Positions 26,189 through 39,800 of a DNA stretch of 64,000 bases are shown here, piece after piece. Each line of letters starts with the position of its first letter. Position 1 is the stretch's first letter. Origin of the DNA: Phaeosaccion multiseriatum (taxonomy: Eukaryota > Protista > Ochrophyta, other classes); NCBI GenBank assembly GCA_965112735.1, contig OZ218950.1, positions 1,922,001 to 1,986,000 on the forward strand. Reading direction: 5' to 3'. A program made the position numbers and the translations under genes. Below the pieces are notes generated by a model. It was not told the origin of the DNA, made no database searches, and saw only the letters and a list, made by a program, of their open reading frames with translations.

Positions 26189-28898
26189 TCACTCCTCCTT
26201 CGCCCGCCGTGACCGTCGCTGCTGCTGCCATGCCTGGAGCTTAAATAGAGGGCCCATGACGGCTGCGACGAGCTTGGAAGCCACCGTCTCGGCCCCCTCT
26301 GGGTGGGGAAAGAATTGCACCTTCTTGCGCCACAGTTGGAAAGCCTCCACGTGTATCCACAGCTGCGAGAGAGAGAGAGAGAGAGAGACGTACGCATTAC
26401 ACGCACGCACACACACAGTTATTCAGAACAGCAACCCAAACAGTTATTCGGAACGGCTACCCAAACAGTAAGTCAGCAGAGCACCTCATTCTTGAGCCCT
26501 CTGGACCCCTCTTGACCCCTCTTGACCACCCTTGATCTGATTGCACGGTGGGTTCACTCGCTCACTCACTTACTCACTCACTCACTCACTCACTCACTCA
26601 CTCACTCACTCACTCACTCACTCACTCACTAGCTCGCCCACTCACTCAATCACTCACTCATTCACTCACTCACCCACTCAATCAATCACTCACTCACTCC
26701 CTCTCTCCCTCCCTCCCTCCCTCCTTCCCTTCTCCCCTCCCTCACCTGCACCAGAGCGCACAAGAAGGGCATACACACGAGCTGCTTCAGCACTGCCCCT
26801 GCCGAGAAGGGCACCCTCTGCATCACCAGCTTGGCATCGAACGCCAATGCTTCCGTATCACCAACTACTGCTGTAGCCTTGGCAGCAGTACCTCCGTGTC
26901 CACCCTCCCTCTCTCCCTCTCCCCCTCCCTGGACCTCACCCTCGCCCTCGCTGGCCGCGTTTGTAGTTGCTGCAGTAGCCTCGGTCGTATAACTACTTTC
27001 CCTGATACTTTAGAGAATCAAAAGAATGAAAGAAAAACAGAGAGAAAGAGTGAGAAGGAGAGAAGCCTGAGGCCGTGGTCATCATCCCCCTATGGATGCC
27101 AGTTGTGATCCAACCATGTCCACCGCCCCCCCCTCTCTCCCACCCCACTGACTTACTTACTTACTCCCCACCTCCACTGACGTACTAACCTCTTGCAGAG
27201 CATGGCGTTTCGGACAGTGACGGAGGCTCCGGGGGGTATAAAGTGCCAATCGTATGTGTAGTCCATTCCCATGAAAGGAGACACGTGGAAGGCCTTGGGG
27301 AATCTGTGGGAAGGGAGGAGGGGGAGGGGGGGGGGGGGGGAGAAGGAGGGGGAGGGAGGGAGGGAGGGAGGGAGGAGGGAGAGGGAATGGGGGGGGGAGG
27401 GACGGAGGGAGGGAGGGAGTAGAGAAGTAGAGACAGAGAGAGGGGCGGGAGGGAGGGAGGGAACTAACCGTGAGTGAACAGAACTAAAGATTTAAGCTCT
27501 CTCTCTCTCTCTCTCTCATTTATCTTTGCTACGCTTTGCCTCACCTGTATCTCAGCCTCCCGTTGGTGGCGTTTCCATTCTCAACCACAGCTACCCCGCG
27601 GCTGCTGGCGTTCAGGACGTAGCAGTGCATCTCTCCCCAAGGAGTGTTGCTCACCTAAGGAGGAGGTGCGCACACAAGAGAAAGAAGGACACCACGCACA
27701 ACGACAGGAGACGAGAGACCAAGTGACAGTCTCTACACTCAGAAAGAGGAGGGATTCCGTTCAACCTTTTCTGGGCACGATAAGATGGAGACAACACCTC
27801 TACATCTCCCAACGCACACACACATACATATAATATATAAACACATACATATACATACATATTATATATGTATATACATGCACTGAGATGAAGAGACTTC
27901 ACAAGCAGCAATCTAACGACTCCCACGACGGTCTGTGCCAACCTACCCTCCCAACACATTCATTGACGCATGAAAGGCTTACTGACCTCTCCCACGATGG
28001 TCTCTAGCCGCTCCCCCGACGCATCGAAGACGTAATAGAAGGACACCGGGTTGAAGCAATAGCCGAAGTAGCGCAGGTGGGTCAGGAGACGGATCGGGCC
28101 AGTGGGACGAGTCTTTACGTGGGAACACGGGAGAAGGAGGGAGGGAGGGAGGGAGGGAGAGAGGGAGGGAGGGAGGGAGGGAGGGAGGAGCGACAAGGCG
28201 TACATTGAACGATAATTAAGCCCAGCGGATGGGATGGGGGGACGGGCAGGGAGGAGAGAGAGGGAAGGAGCAAGGTTAGCAAAGGAGGCGGGGGGGCACT
28301 TGGATAGTTAGGAAAGGACAAACGGCTTGTTCTCTCTTCCTCTCCTCTTCATTTACTGTTGCTGACAAAGCACAACACATCGCACGCACCCCTGTTTTTG
28401 CCTCCACAAGCATCCTCACTCGCTCGCCTAGACTCTTCGGTGGGTCAACGCCCTCACTTCCATCGCCGGTCGCAGTAGCAGCGGGGGGGTGATCCTTCAA
28501 GTGGTCGCTGTCAGAAAAGCGCGCGAGGGACCATGGAAGCTTATGTGACATGATCGGCCAAGCATACCTGTGAAGGAAGGAAAGAAGGAAGTAGGGTAGA
28601 GGTTGGGTAAAATCTTGCTTTTGCTTTCATTGCTATCGTACCATGGTAGTGCCGAGTCGAGCTCGTCAAGGTCAAGGTAGAAGAAGAAGATGGGGTACGT
28701 GAAGGCATGTCGCGTGGGGAGGAAGCGTGTGTGCCACACCCGGCCAGAGTAGATGGCGCTGTTGGCACCAAGCCTGCTGCCTCTCTTCCTTCTGCGCAGA
28801 GTGGCATCGAGCAGCACTGCGCCTCCCACCAGCACCGTCAGCAAAGCCAAAGTCGCAGCAATGAGGACCAAAGCAGTTTCTCCCCACGATACGCCCAT
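26189..28898 (-). CDS. DUF1365 family protein with N-terminal membrane anchor
   Basis: Exons 28898-28642, 28567-28390, 28112-27987, 27654-27545, 27303-27190, 27001-26746, 26362-26189. Family motifs: IYSGRVWHTRFLPTRHAFTYP; LLTHLRYFGYCFNPVSFYY; EVSNTPWGEMHCY; FPKAFHVSPFMGMD; IHVEAFQLWRKKV. Confidence 0.92.
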
Positions 28899-29090
28899 CG
28901 TGGACCGCCGGAGTCGCGGCCGCGGGTGGGTCTGACGCAAAAGCAGGCGCAAAGGACAAAATGGAACTGTTGGTGATTCGGAGTTACAGTTGGAATCCTC
29001 TTTTCTCTTCCCTTTTCCCCTTCGTCACTGACAAATGTGTGAGTGTAAGTGTGCGTGTATGTGTAAAAAACTAATTAAAATTTAATCATC

Positions 29091-30421
29091 TTATGTCTCC
29101 ATATCTCTGACTCCCTCTCCATCCCCGCCGCCGCCGCCGCCGCCACCACCACCACCACCACCACCACTGGTACTACTGCTGCTTCTCGGTCCACCTTCGC
29201 CCCCACCCCCGGCCTCAACCGCCCCCTCCTCTTCTCCCTCCTCCCCCTTGTCCTCCTCCATCTTGGACACTTCGCCCTTTTCGCTCGTAGCCCCCCCTGC
29301 AGCAGCAGCCACCGCTGGAGGGGCTCCTTCCGTAACCTGACCCTCCTCCTCCTCCGTCTCCTCCACCTCCCCTGCCCCCCCTTCCCCCTCCTCGTCCTCG
29401 TCTTCGCCCTCTCCTCCCGCCCCGGTTGGCGTGCTGACGCCTCCACCACTAGTCTTAGGCCGACTGGTACTCCTCCCCTCCTCCTCGTCGTCACTATCAT
29501 CTCTCCCTCCTCGCCCTCGCCGCTTCTTTTGCGTGCCATCGTCGTCGTCATCTTGTTCCCTCTGTAGTGGGCCCATTCCCTCCCCTCCTCCTTCCTCCTC
29601 CACCTCCCCTTCCTCCTCCTCGCCCGCCCCGGCACCTGCTCCTCCCCCGCCAGTAGCCCCATCTACCCCCGCAGCAATCAGACCCCCGTCCTCGCCAACG
29701 GCTACACTGAGCTCCTCCAACGTGTGGAAGAGGAGTCTGCACTGCTTCTCGCGCACCGCCTTGACGGCCTCTATCCTCCCCCGCTCCTTCTCCAGGGCTG
29801 CCAGCCGAATCTGGAGCTCCGCTGTCTCTCTCTCTGTCGAGATGCGAGGTGGCAGGCGATTGGCAGCCCTACATAGCTCTTCGTACTGCTCCTTCTGTCT
29901 GCGGGCTGTCTTCTCCCTCGCCAACTCCTGCTTGAGGGCCTCAATATCCCCCCGAGCTTTGTCAATGTCGCCCTCGATAGAGCGGCGCTGCGCACTGTAC
30001 TGCTCAATCTCCTTGGCGCACGCTGCCGCCGTCGCCCGGCCCTTTACCACGTCCAGGCCGTAAAGGCTTAGCTCCTTCAAGAGCGCATCGGCCCGCGCTT
30101 GCACGTCGTTCTCCCCTGCGTCCCCCGATCGGATCGTATTGACAAAGGCCTGCGGGGGGTGGACAGGGGAGGTCGCGCAAACACACACACACAGAGAAGA
30201 GGGGAGGATTGATGGGCGTGATAAGGAACAAGAGCAGTCTAGGGTGGAGACCAGAGGCAGCAGCAGCAGCAAGCCCCAGAGGATCGATGGGGCGACGGGG
30301 GTGAATTTCAATCAGCTTGTCCAACCTGGTACCGCTGGGCGCACTTTCCCACGCTTGTGGTGAGAAACACCGTCTCTTTTGTGAGCAGTCGCTGGTGGAG
30401 CACACCCTCATCGTCAGCCAT
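29091..30421 (-). CDS. THOC7: THO complex subunit 7 with acidic/Gly-rich C-terminal extension
   Basis: Exons 30421-30326 and 30149-29091. MADDEGVLHQRLL; coiled coil ..KEIEQY..IEGDIDKARGDIEALKQEL..RRQKEQYEEL..REKQCRLLFHTLEEL follows the THOC7 pattern. Confidence 0.88.
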
Positions 30422-30819
30422 CGCTGCGTACTGGTGCAAGACAAAAGTACAAGAGAGGTGGGGGGGGATTCTCGAGATCCTCGAGAGGTGGTCGGGAGGC
30501 AAGAGGTCAGAGACAAAAGTTGGGCATCTGGTTGGATTGTACCCAAGCGTAGCTCCCGTTTCTTTCCGCCTTCGGATTTTTTTTTTTTTTTTTTTCTGGC
30601 TTGCCTTCACTCTCCCTCTGCTCTTCCCCGTCCTCTCTCCTCTCCACCAAAGGATGCACATTTATTAGACCCCGACCTTCAATCCCTTTCTTGTGCTTAG
30701 TCACTGACGGTGATGCTGGCGTAGGTGCAGCCATGTGAAAGGCGCGGCCTCGTAGCATCAGCAACTGCTTCCTCTTCCCCTGCAGGTAGAAAGCTAACGA
30801 GCTCAGGGCGGGGCTCACC

Positions 30820-33800
30820 ATGGACACACTTCATCTATTCAGTGAGCTCTCGAGGCGCTCCGTGAGGAGGGACTTCCCCGCGAACGAGAAGCTCGGGCTC
30901 AACTGCAAGGATTTCGTCAACATGCTGAGGAAGAACTGCCCCAAGAAGAGAGGAGAGGTGTGTAGAGCGAACGAGAGGCCGCTCATGGAATGTGTCAGCG
31001 GCCTTTCGTCTCCCTGTCCCTGTTGACAGGTGCCTGAGCTGGAGTAAAAGCCCCCCGACACTTTCTTCAATCCCCTCTCTCCTTCTATAACCCTTGTGTG
31101 TCTTGTCCGTGTATACCCTGGGCGTGCTCCAGCTGGTCTTTGCCATCCAAGCCGTGGAAATGTTCAGACAGATGGACCTCAGGGGAGACGGCGAGGTGAG
31201 AAAGACTAGAAACAGTCACGTACTCCTCCTTCCCCGACCCCAAACCTTCTAACCTTGACACTAAATCCTGGCTCCTATAAGGTCTCGTGGCTAGACTATG
31301 TGTCGTACATTTGCAACCTCGACCTCCTGCCAGACCTTGACACTGCCGTTGAGCGCCCCTGGCGGTACTTGCACACCACGTGCAACACGGGGTTGAAGCA
31401 CCACCGCCTGGGCCGAGTCAAGATGGTGCAGTGGCTGCATGCTCCGATTAATAAACTCGCCCTCATACAGGTAAGCTTTAGGTTAGGGATAGGTTGGTTT
31501 TTATGTGTGCGCGTTTGTGTGCATGCGTGTGTGTGTGCGTGCGTGCGTGCGTGCCTGTCTGCCTCTTTGGAGGGAGCAGCGCGATGACGACGAGTAGAGG
31601 AATAAGCCTGCCTACGAAGGAGGGACTGCGGACAACACTCTCCTGCCGTCTTCTTCATCCTCTTCCGCTGACGGGAGGGGAAGGGGGGGGGGGGGGGAGG
31701 GGGGCTGTCTTACGGGGCCTCGCTTTGAAGGCTGCTGCTGCCTTTACGACAAACTCGTGGGCCGCATTCAGATCCCCATCCTTCCACCGCAAAATCCACG
31801 CTCTCTCTCAAAACACTGCGATGTTTCGTCCGTTGTCTTGATACGCAGGAGGGCAACGAGATGGTGACTCTGCTGAATCCTAGTCTGGAGAAGGTTCCCC
31901 GGCGGGACAAATGCCAGGTACGCACGCATGCACGCACGCACGCTTTGCTGATAAAGCAGCACAAACACGCACCCATCGAAGGGAGGAGACACTCTCACCC
32001 CAACTCAACTCAACTCAACCCCAAACAGGTGGTGACGACGACGGGCTCAGTGCAGTCACGTGTGTCTTTCCTCCTCCGGCACGACACCGCCTACAAACCA
32101 CATGAGGTGCATGCCATTGCCCTTATCGATGGGGAGGATACTGTTGTAACGTCAAGCAGCCTCATTCCGACGGCGACGAGAGGGGCTCAGCCTATGCACT
32201 TCATCACATTTTGGGATCTGCCGACGGCTTTGGAGCGGGAAGGAGGCTCGCAGGTGAGGGAGGGGGGGGGGAGGGGAGGGAAGGGCAGGGGAGGAGGTGG
32301 GAGGAGGTGGGAGGAGGTGGGAGGGAGGGAGGGACGTGGGGGTGGGAAGGGAGGAATGCGCGCACGCCTGCCGTCGAGTGACGCCGCCCTCCTGACAGCA
32401 CTAGCACTTCTTCGCCAGACGCGGACTCGACCGCCCTGGGCTATGTGTGCCTCCCCTCCTCCCTTCTATCTCTCCTTTTCATTGATTGTTTTATTGACCG
32501 ACTGATTGACTGGTTGACTGACTGATTGCTCTCCCCCTCCCCGGGGCCATCCTCTCCTCCCATCTTTTCCCCAGTACCTTCCGGTGATGAAGGCCCGCGA
32601 GCACGTGGCAACCCCTCAGACCTACCTAATGTACTGCCAGAATATGGACACGCTGTTCAGTGCAAGCAGAGACCACGGGGCCATCTTGGGCTGGAAGATG
32701 AATCCCGCCAGATACACCTCCAAGGTGTGTGGGTGTATTTGCGTGTGTGTGTGTGTACGTATGTGTGTGTGGGTGTATGTGGGTGCGTGTGTGTGTTTGC
32801 ATGTGTGTGTGTGCGTGTGTGTATATTTGTGTGCGCGTCTCTCTCTCTCCCCTATCTCTGTGCGTGTTGACGTGTTTATGCGCACGCGCGACCCACCCAC
32901 GCACTAACCCACCCACCCACTAACCCACCCACCCACCACACAGATCTGGCTGCACGACGGTGGTATCTCGAGCGTGTTAGAGCTGAAGGGGCTTGTGGAT
33001 GGGGCAACGCATCACATTATCACCGCCAGTCTGGACGGGACCCTTGCGGTGTGGGGCGGCGGCACAAGGCACCAAAGCTTACTTCAGGTGAGGAGAGGGG
33101 AGGGGAGGCGAGGAGAGACTCACTCACTTACTCACTCACTCACTCACTCACTCACTCACTCACTCACTCACTCACTCACTCACTCACTCCCTCCCTCACT
33201 CCAAACAAATAGCGCATCCCCGCCCACGAGAAGGGCGTGCAGTGTATGGCCATTAGCGATGAGCACGGCTTAGTCTTCACCTCGGGAACCTTCGTCAACG
33301 GTAGGCCTCTCCCTACAACCCCAGCCCTGAGCATCCCTACAAGGCCACACCAATCTCTTGCCCTCATCCATACAAGACCACATCGCACCCACTTGCTTCT
33401 CTCTCGCCCTAATCCAACCCAGCCCACTCACCCACCCACCCATCCACTCGCCAACCCACCACCCGCCCCCAAGTTCAACGCGTAAGAATGAACCCACATA
33501 CCTGCCGATATGCCTGCCCATATGCCTGCCCACATGCCTGCTCATATGCTTACCCATATGCCTGCCATATGCCTGCCCATATGCCTGCCCTTACGGCCTG
33601 CCCCCAGGCCTCACCACCACCCCTGACGTGCTGGTGTGGGAGCGGCGAAAGGCCAGTGTGAGCGAGACCATCTACAAGAGGCTTAAGGGGTCGGAGGTGA
33701 GTAGGGATGGCAGGAGATGGCGGGGGATGGCAGGGGATGGCAGGCGATGGCAGGGGACGGCAGGGGATGGCAGGGGACAGCAGGGATAGGAGGTGTGTCG

Positions 33801-36800
33801 TTGTGATCATCTGTAAGAGGCTCAAGAGGCCCGAGGTGTGTCCGAACCGTCTGATGATCCTAGCCATACCAGGGGATGGGCAGGGGGTGGTAGGGGGATG
33901 GAAAGGGATGGCAAGGGATGGCACCAAATCATTTGTTGACTTCGCCTTTGTCGACTTCGTTCCTTCCAACTCCAAACAGGTGCAAACGTCGGGCATCGTG
34001 GTGCTTGATTCCATGAGCCACGTCGTCACCATTAACGTGCACGGCAACGCCACCGTCTTCCAGGTGGGTGCGCGCGTGTGTGGGTGCGTGTGTGTCTGGG
34101 TCCGTGTCCATGGGTTCGTAGGATGCGTGTGTGTGTGCGTGCGGGCGTGCTTGACTTGCCTCTCGCGTCTCAGTCGGTGCCTCAAACAACCCCGCATCAG
34201 CTCCCCCCTCCCATCTCACCCTCCTGTCTGCCCCCCCTACCTACCCCAAAAACCATCACCTGCCATCTGGCCCCCACCCACCTCCCCCCCCTCCGTCATC
34301 AGCTGCCGTCCCTGGTCAAGCAACAGCAGTGTGTGCGCGACCTTAGCAGTCCCCTCATCTCCTACCCGGTCACTTGCCTGGCGGCCATCCCCTCCCAGGG
34401 TCAGAGACAGACCCAACTTGTGGCGGGGGCAGTGGGGCTCGAGTACTTTGTCCAAATGGAAGATACCATTCATGTGAGTCATGACTTTCTATACTCTACA
34501 TAGAGAGTCGATACTCTACATAGAGAGTCGATATAGAGCCTACTTCTTGGGGTGTGTATATGTATGTGTATGTATGTGTGCGTGCTTGTGTGTTCCTGCG
34601 CGTGTATGTGTCTATGTGCTTCTTCCCAACGCTATGTCCCTTCCCCCCCCCTCCCTCCCCCTCCTCAATCACAGGAGCCCCTCCTCGCCGCGGAGTACAA
34701 CTCGCGTACTTCGACCTTCATGACCGTGAGTGGGAAGCGTATTACAACATGGGATGGTAGTAATGGCCGGGTGAAGCAGAGTTACGGGGCGGAGGACATA
34801 ATCCAAAGACCCAACGCGGAAATCACGGCTTTCACTCTCGGCCAACAGGTGAGTGAGTGAGTGAGTGAGTGAGTGAGTGGGTGAGAGGCGACAAGTGTGT
34901 GTGAGTGAGTGAGAGAGTGAGAGAGAGAGGGGAAGTGTGTGTGTGTGTGTGTGTCCAGACTTGGGGTGAAAGAGAGAGATAGAGTGTGCGTGTGTACCTA
35001 TGTGCGTGTGTATGTGTGTGTGCGCGTGCGTGCGTGTATGTGTAGGCGTGGGGTGCAAGCAGAGCCCCACAAGTGAGTGATTTACCTTTCCTTGCGTCCC
35101 TCGCCTTGCTCCCCTTTGCTTACCTTGGCTTGCCTTACCTTATGTTAACTTGCCTTATGTTGTCTTGTCACCGTTTCTCATCTTATTTATCTACCTCATC
35201 TTTCCTTACCTCACCTTACCTTACCTTACATACCTTCCCTCACCTTGTCTTCTATGGCTCTTTGTGTCTTGCTCTTCGCTTGGTATCGTAGGGGCACAAA
35301 ATGCTCATTGGCGACGACTCAGGAGAGATTGTGGTGCTGAATGCGCGGACAGGCACGGCCATGAAGAACCTCGACCCCCACCAAGGTGAGGGAGCCACTG
35401 CACTACTACTTCGGTGAAGCTTGAGCACACCTGACCCTTGCTCCTCGCTACGCCTACCCCTTGCTGCTTTGCTTTGGTCTGCTGCACTCCCTCCCTCCTT
35501 CCCTCCTTCCCTCCTTCCCTCCCTCTCCCCCTCCCTTCCTTCCTTCCTTCCTCCCTCCCTCCCTCCCTCCCTCCCTTCCTCCCTCCCTCCCTCCCTCCCC
35601 TCCCTCCCTCCCTCCCTCCCCTTCCCCCCTCCCTCTCTCTCTTCCTCCCTCCTGCCCTCCCTCCCTCCCTCCCTCCCTCCCTCCCGCCCTCCTTCCCTCC
35701 CCCCCTCCCTCCCTCCCTCCCTCCCTCCCTCCCTCCCTCCCTCCCTCCCTCCCTTCCTCCCTTCCTCTCACCCTCCCTCCATCCATCCATCCATCCATCC
35801 ATCCATCCATCCATCCATCCCTTCCTCCCTTCCTCCATCCATCCATCCCTCCCTCCCTCCCTCCCTCCCTCCCTTCCTTCCTTCTTCTCTCCCTCTCTCC
35901 CTCTCTCCCTCAAGGCATGGTCCGATGGATGGCCTTCCCTCGCCTGAAGGCCGACAAGTGCCTGTACTCAGTGGCCACGGATGGCACTCTACACGTCGTG
36001 GACGAGGCGGATGCGGGGGGCTTCGACCCAAGGTGCGTGTCATATTGACGGAACACGTCTGTACTGACCGACTGTCTCCTCCTCCTCCTCCTCCTCCTCC
36101 TCCTCCTCCTCCTCCTCCTCCTCCTCCTCCTCCTCCTCCTCCTCCTCCTCCTCCTCCTCCTCCTCCTCCTCCTCCTCCTCCTCCTCCCCTGCTGTTGCTC
36201 TCGCTCTCTCTCTCCTTCTCTCTCTTCCTCTCTCCCTCTCTCACTCTCACTCTCAGTCTCTCTATCTCTCCCTCTCTCTTTCTCTCTCTCTCACTCACTC
36301 TCTCTCTATCTCCCCCTCCCTCTCTCTCTCTCTCTGTCTGTGTTGTGTATGCCACAGCACGGGCAAGTCTGTAATGCTGCGTCGCATCGGCTTTGCCACT
36401 GGTGGGGTGAGCTCTTCAGAGGAGGACGTCCATAGAGCTGGAGGAGGGTTTCCGAATCCAGGAGGAGAAGCACAAGAAGCAGGGAAAGAAGAGGCCGCTT
36501 CCACATTGGCAAGAAGTGGAGGAGGAGGAGGAGGAGGAGGAGGAGGAGGAGGAGGAGGAGGAGGAGGAGGAGGAGGAGGAGGAGGAGGAGAAGGAGGAGG
36601 AGGAGGAGGAGGAGAAGAAGAAGAAGAAGAAGAAGAAGAAGAAGAAGGAGGAGGAGGAGGAGAAGGAGGAGGAGGAGGAGAAGGAGGAGAAGGAGGAGGA
36701 GGAGGAGGAGGAGGAGGAGAAGGAGGAGGAGGAGGAGGAGGAGGAGGAGGAGGAGGAGGAGGAGGAGGAGGAGTGGAAGAAGAAGATGACGAAGAAGGGG

Positions 36801-39800
36801 GAGGAGGGGGGGGAGGGGGAGGAGGGGGAGGAGGAGGTGGAGGAGGAGGAGGGGTAGACGAAGTTGAGGTCGGCGGGGGTTCAAAGGTGGAAAGAAGCCA
36901 CGAAAGCAGCAGCAGCAGGCATGGGAAGCGGCAGTCTGGGACCAGCGCGATGACTCGACCATCATCGTCGAGACAGCTGCTGACAAGCGCAGGCAGAGAG
37001 AGAGACAGAGATGGAGACGGAGAAAGAGGCACGGGCCTCATGGGACAGGAGCACGCGCACATGCGCCCGCACACGCACTCACGCCCCGCTAGTGGGGCCT
37101 CATGCGGGGCCTCCCCGGGGGGCGGGATGGCCACCGAGTGCGGCAATGTGAGTGGGAAGGACGTGCATAGGGCGGATGGCGACGACCATGGCGGTGGTAC
37201 TGGCGTTGTTGTAGCACCAACTGCTGCTGGTGGTGCTAGTAGGGGTGCTGCCACTGTGATGGCGAGAGCTGAAGGGAGCGGAGGCGGGGGAGGGGCCGTT
37301 ACTGAAGGTCTGTGGGGAGGGGAGTCGTCGCACCAACAAGCGGAGATGGTGACGGGAGCTGTGGACACTCACCTCAACCTCATCGCGTCGGCCTCACACG
37401 TAAGTACAAACACACGCCCGTACACGCACACGCACACACATGCAGGCACACACACATGCAGTTACACATACGTATGCACACACACGCGCGCGCGCGAACA
37501 CACACACACGCTCACACGCGCACCAACAATTAACCAACCAACCAACCAACCAACCAACCAACCAACCAAAACAGGTGAGCTTTGCGCGCGACCCTTCTGG
37601 CCCAGGAGAAGCGGACGGTGGGGAAGGGCCTACTCTTATTCACATTTGGGACTACGAAATGTGCACACTCAAGGTAATATAAGCAGAGGATTAGGAAGAG
37701 AAAGAAGCGTACTCGTAAGATAGAGAGGAGTAAAAAGAGTGACCCCCCAACCTCCCTGCTCCCCTCTCCTCTCCCCCCCCTACTCGCCCGCCCGCCCGCC
37801 CGCCGGCCACCCCACCGCCCTGCACTGGACCTTCGTGGACTTACTTGCCTCAGGGGACGTGCGGGTTTCCTGCCCACTACCCTTTGTTGAACGAGCCTTT
37901 GTCAGGCAGAGAGGGGAGTAAGCGGAGGAGAAGAACCTTCGCCAGCGGCGGGAGGTGGAGGCGAAAGCTTGCCAGCAGTGGTGGAGGGGGGGGGGGCGGT
38001 GGGGGTGGTGGTGGCGTTGGTCAGGGTCAGGAGGGACATCGGCGGCGGCATTTGACAGTGACGGCGTTGGCTTTCTTGTCACCGCACCCGCTCCTCGCTG
38101 CCACCACGAGCAACGGCTTTGTCGTGATATGGTCGGTTCCGGATTGTGTGTGCGTGCAGGTGAGAGAGAGGCGGAGAGAAGGGAGGGCCGAGGCTTTCCC
38201 TCTACCCTCTGTCCTGAGAGAGAGGGAGAGGGGAGGAAGGGCGTCCCTCTGCCCTCCTGTGCTGCGTCCTTTGGGTTCTGCTCTCTTCCCCTTTCTTGCC
38301 CTGTCTTCCCCTCTCTGTCCTGTGCACCTCTTGCCACCTGATTCCTCATCCCCTGATTTCTCATCCTCCGGGCTCCATTCTTCTCCTTGCCTTAAGGTGA
38401 TCCTGCCTAGACCCGCACAGAGCGCAGTAGGAGGAGCACGTGAAGAGGAACAAGAAGAGGAACAAGAGGAGCAAGAGGAACAAGTAGAAGAGGGAACAGA
38501 GCACAGACAGGGGCAGGGAGGGAGACAGGACCAAGACAACAGGCTGTCCGACTCACGCAATTTCTTCAGCCCATTCACGTGTATCACGACCGGGCTGGTG
38601 GCTCCAGCCATCGAGAGCGCATCGTCATCATCATCATCATCATCATCCACAGACACAGAGGAGGAGGTAGAGAGAGGGAAGGAGGTAGAGAGGGAGGGGA
38701 GGGGGATCTTCGCAGCAGGGACGGAGAAAGCTTCGAAAGCGTGGCAGCCGCCATCGGAGAGCATAGGAGGGATCGTTCCAGCGGATACCGAGCCAACAGG
38801 TGTGTGTGTGTGTGGAGGTGGAGGTGGAGGTGGAGGTGGGTGGGTGTGTGCGTGTGTGTGTGCGTGTGTGTGCGTGTGTGCGTGTGTGTGTGTCTCGTTT
38901 TCTTTCTCTCTTCCTCAGTCTCTCCCTCCCTCCTCTCTCCCTCCCTCCCTCCCTCCTCCCTCCCTCTACTCAGCATCACCTGCAGCAGGACCACAGCCCA
39001 GCAATCAGGACGGCGAAACGCAACTCCCAATCACTGGACAGGAAGAGGGGAGTTTGGGTCAGGGTCAGGGCCAGGCTCAGAGTCAGGCTCAAGGTCAGGG
39101 TCAAGGCCATGGTCAGGATGAAGCTCAACTGGCGCTGACTCTGTACGCCGGCAACGAGGCAGGAGAAGTGCACGTCTTTTCCCTCTCTCTCCTGAGCAGC
39201 CGCTCTGGCAGAGAAGGGAAGAAGGAAGGGAAGGAGGGGAACACTCCACCCCGCCCCCACCTTGCAACTGTACCATCCACCTTGGTTAGAGGAAGCAGCA
39301 AGCAGCAAGGCATCCTCGGAGCTGGAGATGCTTGCTTCGAGCCTATACCCTCTCAGCGTCGACTGAACCACAACCCGTACCGCCTCGTGAACAATGTCGT
39401 GCCGCTCGACAAGTTGGCTCTCAGTAACCGAATCGCTCAGGTGTGTGATGTATCGAGATGCACACGATTCCCGCCCCCCTCCCCGCAGGCCCGCAGGGGG
39501 GGCTGCCCATGCACCTACACCCAACCCCGCCCATACCAACCAACCAACCAACAACCCTACCAACCAACCAACCAACCAGCCCACCCACTAACCCACCCAC
39601 CAACCAACCAACCAACTAACCGACCAACCAACCAACCAACCAACCAACGAACCAATCAATTAATCAATCCCATGACGCTTGTTCACTTGGCCTCCTCCAT
39701 ACAGAGCTCTGCGAATTCACCGGACGCCGCGATCGGTGAATCCTTCTTCTGCCGTCACTGGGCAGCGCATAAGGGATCCGCGTTAACCTCCCTCCTCTTC

